From a virus (lineage: Duplodnaviria > Caudoviricetes): a stretch of DNA of 51,968 nucleotides. A model generated the notes under the pieces. It did not search any database and was not told the origin of the DNA. It was given only the letters and a program-made list of their open reading frames with translations. Location of the stretch: positions 1-51,968 of the IMG/VR virus record IMGVR_UViG_3300048803_000048; one strand, 5' to 3'. This document shows, piece after piece, positions 1-9,673 of this stretch. Positions within the stretch are counted from its first letter, which is position 1; every line of letters starts with the position of its first letter. The translations under genes and the position numbers were made by a program.

Positions 1-311
1 TTGCCTGCATCATATCCACTGAGACCCAATACACGTGTTACAAACATTTGATTGGATTCATTTAAATATGCATTTGCCGCATAAGGTAATTGGTATTGGA
101 GTTGTCCGTTATCCGGAAATTTTTGTGTGCTCTGTGCACCAAATCTATTCATAAATTCGGTTTGGTCTTGAATAAAAACGGGTTCAAAAGCTGGACCCTT
201 CAAAGTTTCACCAGCAATACCTAATGTTGTTATACCCACATTACGTGTTACGAAAGTCAAATCACGTTCTCTAAATTTATACCCCGGAGAGGTAAATACG
301 AATTCTGCCAT
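1..311 (-). CDS. gp18: Tail sheath protein, N-terminal part (runs off the window edge)
   Basis: Not in the ORF track. Manual translation from ATG at 311 gives MAEFVFTSPGYKFRERDLTFV...GETLKGPAFEP...FVTRVLG, the typical myophage sheath N-terminus (SPG..E.D, KGP, V.RV). Confidence 0.85.
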   Translation of the reverse strand, partial: MAEFVFTSPGYKFRERDLTFVTRNVGITTLGIAGETLKGPAFEPVFIQDQTEFMNRFGAQSTQKFPDNGQLQYQLPYAANAYLNESNQMFVTRVLGLSGYDAG

Positions 312-501
312 GTTTATAGTTATTAATGTTTTCTATTATTATTTCTGTAATTAAACGTTTTCTCGTTTTCAAATAAATACTAAAAAAATATTGAAAAGGT
401 AATTTACAGAGATTAATATCACAGGGGTATTAGTGCTCATAAACATGGATTTGAACAAATTTCAAATTTTTTGTCTTAGATTTTCCGATTTTCGAATTTT
501 T

Positions 502-531
502 TTGCATGAAATTTCAGAAAAATTCATGCAA
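502..531. repeat. Inverted repeat in the divergent intergenic region
   Basis: TTGCATGAA-N12-TTCATGCAA. Confidence 0.6.
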
Positions 532-607
532 TTTTTTTTCACTTTTTTTTAAAGATTTTTCAGAAAACATCGTAATAGTATTTATGTAAAATACATTTTG
601 GCAAATT

Positions 608-2761
608 ATGAACAAATCACAACGCATTTATTTAAACACAGGAAATACTCAAACCGATAAATACATTCAAGTTCAACTTGAACAAGATGTCGATACTCTG
701 GAATTCATGACACTTAGTATCTTTACGCAAGACGTATACCAAGACTTTAATTCTGATTATGGAGTATTGGTTGGCAGGGTTGTAGCAAATGGCGGTATTG
801 GTGTCCCAAATGCCAAAATTAGCATTTTTATACCCCTTACAGACACCGATGCACAGGACGGTGATATTGCAAGCATCTATCCCTATAAGACCCCCAGAGA
901 TAAGAATGCAGAGGGAAAACGCTATAATTTGCTTCCAAGAGTTTCACAGTATGTTCAAAGCGAAGGTATTTTTAAACCAAAGCAACCATTTGGCAGTTTT
1001 CCCATCAAACCAGAAATCGTAACGAATCAAGATTTCTTAGATGTGTACAAAAAATATTATAAATATACTGCACTAACAAACTCCGCAGGCGATTATATGA
1101 TATTTGGTGTACCTATTGGTGTACAGACAGTTCATATGAGTGTAGATATTACCGATATTGGTAAATATTCAATGACACCTGCCGCTATGGTAGTAAACTT
1201 AGGGTATTCGCCAAACCTTTTCATGAATAATAATACTCAAATAAAACCTTCGGACGACCTAACTGACTTGCCAAACATTGAAACCCAAGAAATTAGTGTT
1301 GAAATTATACCTTTTTGGGGTGATAATCAAAACTTTATAATTGGTATAACTCGACAGGATTTTAGAATTCGTGCAACGCTTAACAATACCTTTGTTATAT
1401 TTGGTAGTGTATTCACTGATGCATATAAATCAATGTGGGGACGTGGTACAACTGATGACTATAAAAGGGTATGTCTATTATATCAAATGGGTGTTGATAA
1501 TGGCAATGACGTTAGAACAAATATCGGTGTAAGCGTTAAAAGAGCAGGAACGGTTACAGAAAAAATATATTATTATCCTGAAAATATTACAGATGCTCAA
1601 ATTGCTACAGGCAATTTTGTGGACCAAATGTTATTATTAGACCCAACACAATATTCTGTATATAAAAGAGGCGGTGATTTTGCTGTAATTGTTAGTTGTA
1701 ATAGAAGAAAAGTACTTACTGATGACTTTGGAAATGAAGTTGTGATTTCAGAAAATTCACCCGATGGTATATTTACAAGATTTGCAGGGTTTATGACACT
1801 TGAAATTTCAGACGAATTATATCCATTAGATTGGGAATCACATGGTAATCGGGTAGAAATGAAACCCATAAGGCAAAAACTTAAATTTCCACAATATGCA
1901 GATGCCGGAAAAACATTAAAAAATCCAAATATTTGTGTAAATGCTGAATGTGATAATGTCGCATGGAGGCAAGAACATTATAGTTTTACTGGTGGTGGAC
2001 TTTATAGTGTAAGCAGATTTCATGGAATTGTTGCCAATAGATATTGTGATAGTGCATGTTGTTTGCTTCCTGGCGGTACTGGATTTATAAATGGCGACAG
2101 TATAAATGTAGCATGTTGTTCATATTGGGACGTAAATGCAGGTATAATTCAAACAAACGATTATGGTGCTACTGGAAACACAAGTATTGGATTTCCAAGT
2201 AATTCTATTATAACGGGTTGTGATAATTGTATGGGTTTAACCTGTGTGGAAAATTTTGGTGCTAACTGGATGAATCTATCAGTATATTTACCACAAACAG
2301 GATGGGTTTATAATAATTATAATTACATATATTGCTGGATGTCAAATTCTCAATTTACTTTCGCAAGAAAAAATGATGCATATTATATGGAAGCAAATAA
2401 TCAATTAATTGCAGGAAAATATACAGATACTTGTAGTTTTGCACGTTCAGACTTAAATTGGACCGACTTTGTTCCTATGACAAAACAAGATGTGGCAAAA
2501 ATGAATGAAGTTCCAGCAAAGGGATTTAAAACTTCAGATGATGGTAAAACCATTACAACAATTAGTGGTGGTTATCCATTACATGGCACTTATCGTAATG
2601 GAACATATACTCCAGCGGGTTGGAGTGGACCTGCACCATTCTGTGGTGGTAGATGTAATGGTAGTGCTTGTTGTGGTACACAAGACCCTAAAACATATTT
2701 CTTTAAAGGAATTGATATTTCTGATTGTGTTGCATTTATCACATGCTTGGGAATTATATAA
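608..2761 (+). CDS. Putative virion/baseplate-associated protein with an N-terminal carboxypeptidase-regulatory-like beta domain and a Cys-rich C-terminus
   Basis: 717-aa ORF with GVLVGRVVANGGIGVPNAKISIF and TNSAGDYMIFGVPIG motifs; GTATTTAT motif upstream at 578-585. Confidence 0.55.
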   Translation: MNKSQRIYLNTGNTQTDKYIQVQLEQDVDTLEFMTLSIFTQDVYQDFNSDYGVLVGRVVANGGIGVPNAKISIFIPLTDTDAQDGDIASIYPYKTPRDKNAEGKRYNLLPRVSQYVQSEGIFKPKQPFGSFPIKPEIVTNQDFLDVYKKYYKYTALTNSAGDYMIFGVPIGVQTVHMSVDITDIGKYSMTPAAMVVNLGYSPNLFMNNNTQIKPSDDLTDLPNIETQEISVEIIPFWGDNQNFIIGITRQDFRIRATLNNTFVIFGSVFTDAYKSMWGRGTTDDYKRVCLLYQMGVDNGNDVRTNIGVSVKRAGTVTEKIYYYPENITDAQIATGNFVDQMLLLDPTQYSVYKRGGDFAVIVSCNRRKVLTDDFGNEVVISENSPDGIFTRFAGFMTLEISDELYPLDWESHGNRVEMKPIRQKLKFPQYADAGKTLKNPNICVNAECDNVAWRQEHYSFTGGGLYSVSRFHGIVANRYCDSACCLLPGGTGFINGDSINVACCSYWDVNAGIIQTNDYGATGNTSIGFPSNSIITGCDNCMGLTCVENFGANWMNLSVYLPQTGWVYNNYNYIYCWMSNSQFTFARKNDAYYMEANNQLIAGKYTDTCSFARSDLNWTDFVPMTKQDVAKMNEVPAKGFKTSDDGKTITTISGGYPLHGTYRNGTYTPAGWSGPAPFCGGRCNGSACCGTQDPKTYFFKGIDISDCVAFITCLGII

Positions 2762-2800
2762 AACAAAAAACCCCACCGATTTGATGGGGTTTTTTGTTTT
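2761..2800. terminator. Bidirectional intrinsic terminator
   Basis: AAACAAAAAACCCCA-loop-TGGGGTTTTTTGTTT between convergent genes. Confidence 0.85.
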
Positions 2801-2802
2801 AT

Positions 2803-3300
2803 TTATTTGCTGAATGTATAAACAGCACTTGAGGATGGCGTGCCAACAACGACACTTGAACTTAACATTTGTAATTTAAGAATTGTTTTGCCGGAATTAA
2901 GTTCTTTTATTTTAAAAAGAATAGTTCCAAACTGCATCGGTCCACTACAGGTAATTTGATTTATATTAATACTGAAAGTACCATCAGCATAACCAGTTGG
3001 GTCGTTTGAACACAGGTCATAAATCTTAATCGTATTAGGTAAACCAAAGGTAAGTTTTAGTGCACCATAATTAAACTCATTAGTAAGTGCAATAAGGTCA
3101 GTAGGAAGAACATACTTCTTTATTAAAACAGTGCCTGTTTGGTCAAAAGTCTCCAAAGAAGTAAAATTCCACGTACCTGCCAAATCAGCAACAGTAATTG
3201 TTGTCGTGGTTATGGGGTTGTCATCGGTAGGTTTTTCACAACCGATGTTCAAGATTGTCATTGCTGACATTAACATTAAGAAATAAATTACTTTTTTCAT
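2803..3300 (-). CDS. Lipoprotein, lipocalin-like Bacteroidota type
   Basis: MKK, hydrophobic stretch and lipobox IG-C; LAGTWNFTS motif. Confidence 0.65.
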   Translation of the reverse strand: MKKVIYFLMLMSAMTILNIGCEKPTDDNPITTTTITVADLAGTWNFTSLETFDQTGTVLIKKYVLPTDLIALTNEFNYGALKLTFGLPNTIKIYDLCSNDPTGYADGTFSININQITCSGPMQFGTILFKIKELNSGKTILKLQMLSSSVVVGTPSSSAVYTFSK

Positions 3301-3332
3301 CTTTTTATAGTTTTTAAGTTAAACAATAGTAG

Positions 3333-3362
3333 TTATACGTAAGCGAAGCCAAAAATGTTACA
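3333..3362 (-). promoter_or_regulatory. Conserved promoter-like motif TGTAACATTTT-N8/9-TTACGTATAA, copy 1
   Basis: Same motif at 35665-35694 (-) and 49343-49371 (+), each just upstream of a gene start. Confidence 0.7.
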
Positions 3363-3397
3363 AAAAACCATAAATATTTTTAATGTATTTATATAAT

Positions 3398-4555
3398 ATG
3401 AGTGAAAATACAAAAATATTACTCGGTAGTGCTACCAATGTCAACAGCGTTAATGCCGATAATTGGCAAAAATTGGAATTAGTGAATAAAGTAGGTCAGA
3501 TTCTTGAGTATGACATAAGTAATCCTCTTAGCGCAACTGAACTTTTCGATGCCGAAAGAAATGCAAATGAGATTTATCGTATATATGGCAGAATGGAATA
3601 TATGTCACTTCTGAACGGACTTAAATCAAACTATAAGGTATTATCGGATTTCTTTTTACCACAAAATACTGGCAGTAAAAACATTTTCAATTCGTTTAAT
3701 TTTTATCTTCTCAAAGCAGGAACAGGATATACACCAACAAGTGGAACCAGTACTATTGATTATGTAAGATATTTTGATGTAATTGCGACACCTAAAAATT
3801 TTGAATTATTTAATGCGGGTTTTTCTAACAATGTTTATGGCGAACAGACATACGCATTTAATTTCAATGTGGATTTCAATGTTGCACCATATGTCGATAA
3901 TTTTGACTTTCCTTTAATGGAATTATTTTTATATGCACAATATATACCAGGAACAAATGGCAATAGTCAACCAGAAACAATGCTCCGAACTTCTTGGGGA
4001 GTTAATAATGCCGTAACAAAAGTACCATTCATTCCCACAACATTAAATATTGGTGATAGAATCTACGGTGATTTAGTCGAATATTCAAAATCAGAATTTC
4101 TTCAATTTCAGTTAATGCCACAAACATATTATATTAATACTCCGTATAGTGCAAGTACACTTCAATGGAAATACAATCCATTTATTTCATTTCCTCTTAG
4201 ATATTTTTACGATAATCTAAGTACGGCAAATAGTGGAAGTACGTCATACGCACAACAAATATCAATACCTTACTATGCAACGTTATTGACAGGTGGAACT
4301 ATCGGAATGGGCAATTATGTGTGGAGAGAAATTGTACCACAAGGACTTACCGACCCGTTGACGGGTGTGGGAGTAGATTATCCTTTTGTAAATAAAAAAA
4401 GATATTTATTTTCATCAATAATTCTCGATGTTTCGCCAAATCTCAATGACCCATTGACATTGAATGCATTTAGTCAAATTCAGTTCGGTGCACCCATACT
4501 ACTTAATAAAACACCAAACAGTCCTTTAAATAATATTGGAAAACCATGTCTATAA
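3398..4555 (+). CDS. Hypothetical virion structural protein
   Basis: Long ORF; likely start MSENTK at 3398, directly after GTATTTATA. Confidence 0.6.
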   Translation: MSENTKILLGSATNVNSVNADNWQKLELVNKVGQILEYDISNPLSATELFDAERNANEIYRIYGRMEYMSLLNGLKSNYKVLSDFFLPQNTGSKNIFNSFNFYLLKAGTGYTPTSGTSTIDYVRYFDVIATPKNFELFNAGFSNNVYGEQTYAFNFNVDFNVAPYVDNFDFPLMELFLYAQYIPGTNGNSQPETMLRTSWGVNNAVTKVPFIPTTLNIGDRIYGDLVEYSKSEFLQFQLMPQTYYINTPYSASTLQWKYNPFISFPLRYFYDNLSTANSGSTSYAQQISIPYYATLLTGGTIGMGNYVWREIVPQGLTDPLTGVGVDYPFVNKKRYLFSSIILDVSPNLNDPLTLNAFSQIQFGAPILLNKTPNSPLNNIGKPCL

Positions 4556-5475
4556 TCAAAGAAACAATAAGACTCTTTAATACACCCACAGGTACAACCA
4601 TAATTAATATCAGTGGTCATACACCAATTACAGGTATTACTGGAATTATGAATATTTCTTTTGGACTTGGTTCGGGTGATGACTTTTTGGGTTATCAACA
4701 GGAAATTGATAATTTAACACAAGTAGTTAGTCTCGATATCGTCAATCCAGAAATAGACGTAGAAGAACGTAGATTCAATTACATTCCAAATATAGGTCCA
4801 CTAACACTGGAATTTAATTTTCACCAACCTAATGCGGGAAATGTATTTCATTATTATTTTAGTTATCAAGGTTTTACTGTTGATGAAGAAAGACAAAACG
4901 CATTAAATATGCAAAATAGTTTCTTTATTATGGACTATTACGATACGTTTGACATCAATACACAAACCAAAATATTTACAACTTATTTAACAAAAATAAC
5001 TTCAGGTGAATGGAGTGTTGGTTTACCCGAATACACTGAACCCTTTTCAGAATATGTCATCAACGGAAGTTCATCAAATCAGTTATATTATTGGTATGTT
5101 CCTGTATGGTATATAAAGGCAAATTTAACGGGAACAACTAATACTGTTACAGGATATACAAAATTCACGTTTTATAATGCTAAAAGTGGTACAACTGCAC
5201 TGTTTTATAATTCTGATAATGATACTGTTGATGCTAATGGGTATGTTAATCCACAAAAGATGTATTTTAAAACTGAATTAAATTTGGCTAATATGACATG
5301 GAAAATTCTGACTCCACCAAGTCACAATAATGTGATTATTGCAAATCAATTATGGAATAGTCCTGCATATAACGACAAGGTTAATAATACCGTTCAGAAT
5401 TTTAATAATGAACAGCAAGACTATCCTTCAGGCAATACATTTAATTATTTAAATGGAACTTACGAGACCCTTTAA
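4546..5475 (+). CDS. Hypothetical virion structural protein
   Basis: 309-aa ORF overlapping the end of the previous gene; rich in Y, N and T. Confidence 0.55.
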   Translation: MSIIKETIRLFNTPTGTTIINISGHTPITGITGIMNISFGLGSGDDFLGYQQEIDNLTQVVSLDIVNPEIDVEERRFNYIPNIGPLTLEFNFHQPNAGNVFHYYFSYQGFTVDEERQNALNMQNSFFIMDYYDTFDINTQTKIFTTYLTKITSGEWSVGLPEYTEPFSEYVINGSSSNQLYYWYVPVWYIKANLTGTTNTVTGYTKFTFYNAKSGTTALFYNSDNDTVDANGYVNPQKMYFKTELNLANMTWKILTPPSHNNVIIANQLWNSPAYNDKVNNTVQNFNNEQQDYPSGNTFNYLNGTYETL

Positions 5476-7044
5476 TATGAAAGCTATGACATCACAGGTC
5501 CAACCATTACCAAGCATTTTATAACGACTGCCATCGCTAACAATAGAACTATATCCGTCTGGTACTGTCTGTAGTCTTTCATATTCCAGTGGGGTAAGTT
5601 TGCGAACTCTTCGTATTATGCCTGGTTCTAAAACCTTCTTTTGTTGATTACCACCACAAACGGCAGTAAGCGTTTGGCATTTGTGCTGGGGCGAATTAAC
5701 TCTTTTAAGAATATCATGACCATTTATTGCAAGTGTAGCACAAACTACCTTACTATCGCCATGATAAATGTATGATTCACTGTAATAATATTTTTTATCG
5801 ACTTCTTTTTCAAGCACATCAGCAAGTACCAACGGGTTACTTTCTGGTAACTTACCAATTGGTATGTTAGTCCAATAAAGTCTTGGTCTCGATTGTGCAG
5901 AGAACAACTCAGAATTAATAAGTACTGGCTGTATACCAAGAATATCGGTAATTACATCCTGCCATTCTTTCTTCATTACGACATTCTCTAATAAGAAATA
6001 TTTGGGTTTACATTCTTTCAACAAACGCACATATTCAAAAAATAACTTGGACTTACCATCAAATCCGGTATTGGTTGAAATTGTATTGGTGAAACTTTGG
6101 CAAGGACTGCCGCCACAAATTAGTTCAAATTTACCATCAAATAATATCACTCCACCTTCATATTCAACCAAAGTAACTTGTGTCTCCGAATGAAATTGTA
6201 TGAAATCTTCGTAAGTTTTTGAAGTTCGGTTAATCTCATTCCATCTTTGTAATTCTTCGATAAAATTTTGAACATTTCTATTCGTTTCAAATTCTCCGTT
6301 GCCATTTTCTTTTTTGACCTCTCCTCCATATCTATCTTCTTTCGACTCTCCAAATAATTCTTTCTCACATCCTCTCGCCACATTGCTTTCTGAGTTCTCT
6401 CCGAAATCAATTGTCTTTCCTTCGGGTCTGAAAATCTCTCCAATAGTGTTGTTGAAATTTTCTTTTTTGTTTCTTCTAACTGAATTGGTCTGTTTTTCTT
6501 CAATCCCTCTGATATTCTTCGAGAAATTTCTTCGTTCCATATCGTAACCATACCCCCACTCGCTACATTGTAATTCATTGGAGTCTCCGCTATCAACTTT
6601 ATTTCCATTGCTTCTGCTTCCGCTAATATTTCGTGACTTGACAAAATCTCCCAAGTCACGTTTTGAAAACCGTATTTTCTCAATGCATTGTAAAACGGAA
6701 GATTCCCGTACTTTTTTTTGTCCGTCATTCTGTATTTGTGCTCCGAAATACGCTGTGATAGTGAATTTCTTGTCAAGCCAATATAACATTTCCCATTCGG
6801 GAAGTTTGCTTTGTATATTAATATCATATACAGATAAATACTGATGAACATCCAATAAAGAAAGTAATTTTACTTTTATTTTGCAAATATTTCCGAGTTG
6901 TTGGGTTTTAGGAAATTGATTTTGAGTTACTTCAATACAATCTTTGTCAATTTCTGAGGCAAAGTATTGATTGTATGGAATGCCAGCTTTATTTAAAGCA
7001 ATTTGCCCACACGACATTCCATCGAAGGTTGATAATACATTCAT
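5449..7044 (-). CDS. C5 cytosine DNA methyltransferase with a ~247-aa insertion before motif IV
   Basis: Motif I (STFDGMSCG), EID, IV (GGSPCQ), VI (LLENV), VIII (AQSRPRLYW), IX-X (RKLTPLEYERLQT...KMLGNGW). Confidence 0.9.
   Translation of the reverse strand: MNVLSTFDGMSCGQIALNKAGIPYNQYFASEIDKDCIEVTQNQFPKTQQLGNICKIKVKLLSLLDVHQYLSVYDINIQSKLPEWEMLYWLDKKFTITAYFGAQIQNDGQKKVRESSVLQCIEKIRFSKRDLGDFVKSRNISGSRSNGNKVDSGDSNELQCSEWGYGYDMERRNFSKNIRGIEEKQTNSVRRNKKENFNNTIGEIFRPEGKTIDFGENSESNVARGCEKELFGESKEDRYGGEVKKENGNGEFETNRNVQNFIEELQRWNEINRTSKTYEDFIQFHSETQVTLVEYEGGVILFDGKFELICGGSPCQSFTNTISTNTGFDGKSKLFFEYVRLLKECKPKYFLLENVVMKKEWQDVITDILGIQPVLINSELFSAQSRPRLYWTNIPIGKLPESNPLVLADVLEKEVDKKYYYSESYIYHGDSKVVCATLAINGHDILKRVNSPQHKCQTLTAVCGGNQQKKVLEPGIIRRVRKLTPLEYERLQTVPDGYSSIVSDGSRYKMLGNGWTCDVIAFILKGLVSSI
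6147..6827 (-). CDS. GIY-YIG homing endonuclease nested in the +1 frame of the methyltransferase
   Basis: MILIYK...CYIG...R..EH...LRKYG...E...YN..SGG followed by NUMOD3-like basic helices; own GTATTTAT motif at 6834-6841. Confidence 0.9.
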   Translation of the reverse strand: MILIYKANFPNGKCYIGLTRNSLSQRISEHKYRMTDKKKYGNLPFYNALRKYGFQNVTWEILSSHEILAEAEAMEIKLIAETPMNYNVASGGMVTIWNEEISRRISEGLKKNRPIQLEETKKKISTTLLERFSDPKERQLISERTQKAMWREDVRKNYLESRKKIDMEERSKKKMATENLKRIEMFKILSKNYKDGMRLTELQKLTKISYNFIRRHKLLWLNMKVE

Positions 7045-7061
7045 GTCAGCGAATATAGGAA

Positions 7062-7829
7062 TTATTTATCAATAACAACAGTAAATTTTGGCTTTCTCAT
7101 TGCTTTTGCAATCTCAAATTCTTTTTCGTCCTGTATAAAGCCAAGAATTTTCAAAGCGTACTTGGATACGAAAAACCTATCGCCATCAATATTTTCAATA
7201 GGATTGGCTTCTGCAAAACCTTCGAACATTAATGGCATTGGTGCACCTTTAATCCACACGTATTCCTGTCGTGAAGCAAAGTTTTTAAGAATTTGTTGGT
7301 CAAGTTCATTAACATCTACCCTGTATTTTGTAAAAAGCGTAGCTTCATATGTTAAATCTACATTAACGGGTTCTGGCATTTTAAACAGCAATGCAATTTC
7401 TTCCCCCGCATCCATGATAGGAACAGTAAAATATCTGAATTTACGTGGTTGTGGAATTCTAAATTTAGTGCCAAGACGAGTACCTGGCTGTTTATCAATA
7501 CGTCTAACAGTAATATAAGGGGTTGGTACGTTTTTATCATTATCCATGAACTTCCAGGTCTTCGAAAATTCGCCCCAACGGTCATTATCAAGATAAAATG
7601 TTGGTACAATCCTGCCATCAATAGTAATTTTCATACCATCTTTATTCACATAATCGAACAATACTTGGTCAATGTCTTCCATTAAAATTGTTCTTGGAAG
7701 ATATTTGGTTTTTTTATCGGTTTGAATCATCAATTGTTCGATTCTATCAAAGCCATATTTAAGATATTCACATCCGGGTTTAGGTGGATTGGTGTCAATA
7801 GTATATTTTATTTTCTTCGGTAATGACAT
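7062..7829 (-). CDS. Putative tail terminator/sheath stabilizer (T4 gp15-like)
   Basis: PYITVRR...P.PVNVDLTYE..LFTKY pattern; late-type motif upstream. Confidence 0.5.
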   Translation of the reverse strand: MSLPKKIKYTIDTNPPKPGCEYLKYGFDRIEQLMIQTDKKTKYLPRTILMEDIDQVLFDYVNKDGMKITIDGRIVPTFYLDNDRWGEFSKTWKFMDNDKNVPTPYITVRRIDKQPGTRLGTKFRIPQPRKFRYFTVPIMDAGEEIALLFKMPEPVNVDLTYEATLFTKYRVDVNELDQQILKNFASRQEYVWIKGAPMPLMFEGFAEANPIENIDGDRFFVSKYALKILGFIQDEKEFEIAKAMRKPKFTVVIDK

Positions 7830-7906
7830 TTAATTGCTGTTTTCATATAAATACTCTTGCACTTTAATTGTTTAATAACTATATTTGCCTACTTAAATCA
7901 CGGAAG

Positions 7907-8278
7907 ATGTTAGTTGAACGAAAAGAAATTCTCAATGAAGATAAAAGCACAGGATATATAGAAGCAGTTTTTAATTCGGACAACGTACTAAAAACCACAT
8001 ATTTTCCCAAAATACAAAGACTGTACATTGCTTTTAGCAGAGGACATACGTATTCATATAGCAATGTTTCACGTGAAATCTATGATGCATTCGAAGAAAG
8101 TGATTCCCAAGGTAAATATTTTCACAAAAATATCAATAACAGGTCGAAATATCCAACCCGTAAGGAATTCACATTGTATCCAAATGAAGTGCACGACCTA
8201 AAGAACATAGTTGAAGAATTCAACGAAAATAATAAGATGATTGATTATAACGGAACGACTACAGATGACGATGAATAG
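7907..8278 (+). CDS. KTSC-domain protein
   Basis: SDNV..TTY.....LYIAF..G.TYSYSNV....Y..F..SDSQGKYF.KNI; TATATTTG promoter at 7880-7887. Confidence 0.8.
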   Translation: MLVERKEILNEDKSTGYIEAVFNSDNVLKTTYFPKIQRLYIAFSRGHTYSYSNVSREIYDAFEESDSQGKYFHKNINNRSKYPTRKEFTLYPNEVHDLKNIVEEFNENNKMIDYNGTTTDDDE

Positions 8279-8600
8279 TATTGAAGAAAGGGATAATCTT
8301 ATCCAATTAATGCAGGAAGCATTGAAATTCTACGCAGACCAAAACAATTACACGCCTAAAACTAAAAATGATTTGGGCGACAGGTATCTAACAATGGTTG
8401 AAGTTGATGGTGGCTCACAAGCACAATTTGCAATTGACCAAGCAAAGCAACTAATTGAACAGAATCAGAAAATACAGGATGACTATGATAAACTTATCAT
8501 GGAAACCGAGAACTTTGAACTCACCGGGGAAACAAATCCAATCGAACTAATAAGGGTTTTCACTGAAACACACAAAGACAATGAAAATCCAATCGTTTGA
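8271..8600 (+). CDS. Hypothetical protein
   Basis: ORF coupled to its neighbours; ALKFYAD motif common in phage proteins. Confidence 0.6.
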   Translation: MNSIEERDNLIQLMQEALKFYADQNNYTPKTKNDLGDRYLTMVEVDGGSQAQFAIDQAKQLIEQNQKIQDDYDKLIMETENFELTGETNPIELIRVFTETHKDNENPIV

Positions 8601-8958
8601 CGAATATCAATCACGTGCTGTAGGAATGCGAGTTTCTCTACAAAGACTTTTAATTGAATATCCCGACCTTCCGGAAGGTATCATTGAATTATTGGGGATT
8701 ACTTACGATGGTTTAGGTCTTGGTGAAGCAGGTGAAGTACAGGGAAAAATTAAAAAAATCATCAGAGACAATGGTGGTGTAATAACCGAAGAGGCAAAAG
8801 ATGCAATTATTCTTGAAATTGGTGACACATTATGGTATTTAGCATCGCTTTGTCAAAATCTTGGTACTACCTTAGAAAATGCAGCCACATTAAATATTGA
8901 AAAATTGGAATTGCGTCACAAAAATAAAACGGTACATGGTAGTGGCGATTATAGATAA
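8581..8958 (+). CDS. MazG-like nucleotide pyrophosphohydrolase
   Basis: GLGEAGEV..KIKK..RD...EIGDTLWY...N.EKL..R......GSGD.R. Confidence 0.9.
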   Translation: MKIQSFDEYQSRAVGMRVSLQRLLIEYPDLPEGIIELLGITYDGLGLGEAGEVQGKIKKIIRDNGGVITEEAKDAIILEIGDTLWYLASLCQNLGTTLENAATLNIEKLELRHKNKTVHGSGDYR

Positions 8959-9004
8959 TTGGAGATTTTTTCTGGTATACGAGTATTTATGTTAAAGTAT
9001 ACTC

Positions 9005-9667
9005 ATGGAAGAATTAAAAATAATCACAAGAAATGAAGCAAGAAGAATACAACAAAAATGGTATTATACTGGAATCTCCTGCAAAAATGGACACATTGAT
9101 AAAAGATATGTCAATACCGGAATTTGTTATGGTTGTAAAAGAAGTTTAAATAAAATTTGTAATGTTAGACACCCCGATACTTTAAAAAAAATTAGTAAGA
9201 GGGGGTATAAAAATAATAGAGACCAAAAATTAAAAAATAGTAAAACTTGGGTTGAGAATAATAGAGAAAAATCAAATAAATATAAAAATAATTGGAAGAT
9301 TAATCACAGGGAACAACATTTAAAACAAGCACGTGAATATGCATCCAATAGAAGAAAAGACCCGCACTATAGATTAAGTAAAAATATGAGTAAAGCAATT
9401 TGGGAATGTCTGAAAAACAATAAGAAACAATTCAGTTGGTTAAAATTTGTGAATTTTTCATTGAATGATTTAATCGTGCATCTTGAAAGTAAATTTACTC
9501 CGGAAATGACTTGGGAAAATTATGGAACTTATTGGCATATTGACCACGTTAAACCGTTAAGCTGGTTTGATTTAAAAACAGAATTTAATGATGCTTGGAC
9601 ACTTTCAAATTTACAGCCATTAGAAGCAACAAAAAATTTAAGTAAAAATAATAGATATATAGGATAA
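9005..9667 (+). CDS. Free-standing HNH endonuclease
   Basis: N-terminal C..GH...R....C..C; C-terminal MTWENYG..WHIDH..P...NLQPL....NLSK. Confidence 0.85.
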   Translation: MEELKIITRNEARRIQQKWYYTGISCKNGHIDKRYVNTGICYGCKRSLNKICNVRHPDTLKKISKRGYKNNRDQKLKNSKTWVENNREKSNKYKNNWKINHREQHLKQAREYASNRRKDPHYRLSKNMSKAIWECLKNNKKQFSWLKFVNFSLNDLIVHLESKFTPEMTWENYGTYWHIDHVKPLSWFDLKTEFNDAWTLSNLQPLEATKNLSKNNRYIG

Positions 9668-9673
9668 TAACAC

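Noticed and set aside
1930-2761. Diversity-generating retroelement target
   Set aside because: No reverse transcriptase and no template/variable repeat pair is visible in the window.
6136-6876. Group I intron or intein in the methyltransferase
   Set aside because: There is almost no non-coding flank for a ribozyme core, no stops in the host frame and no HN-C/S/T splice junction. Not formally excluded without covariance and HMM scans.
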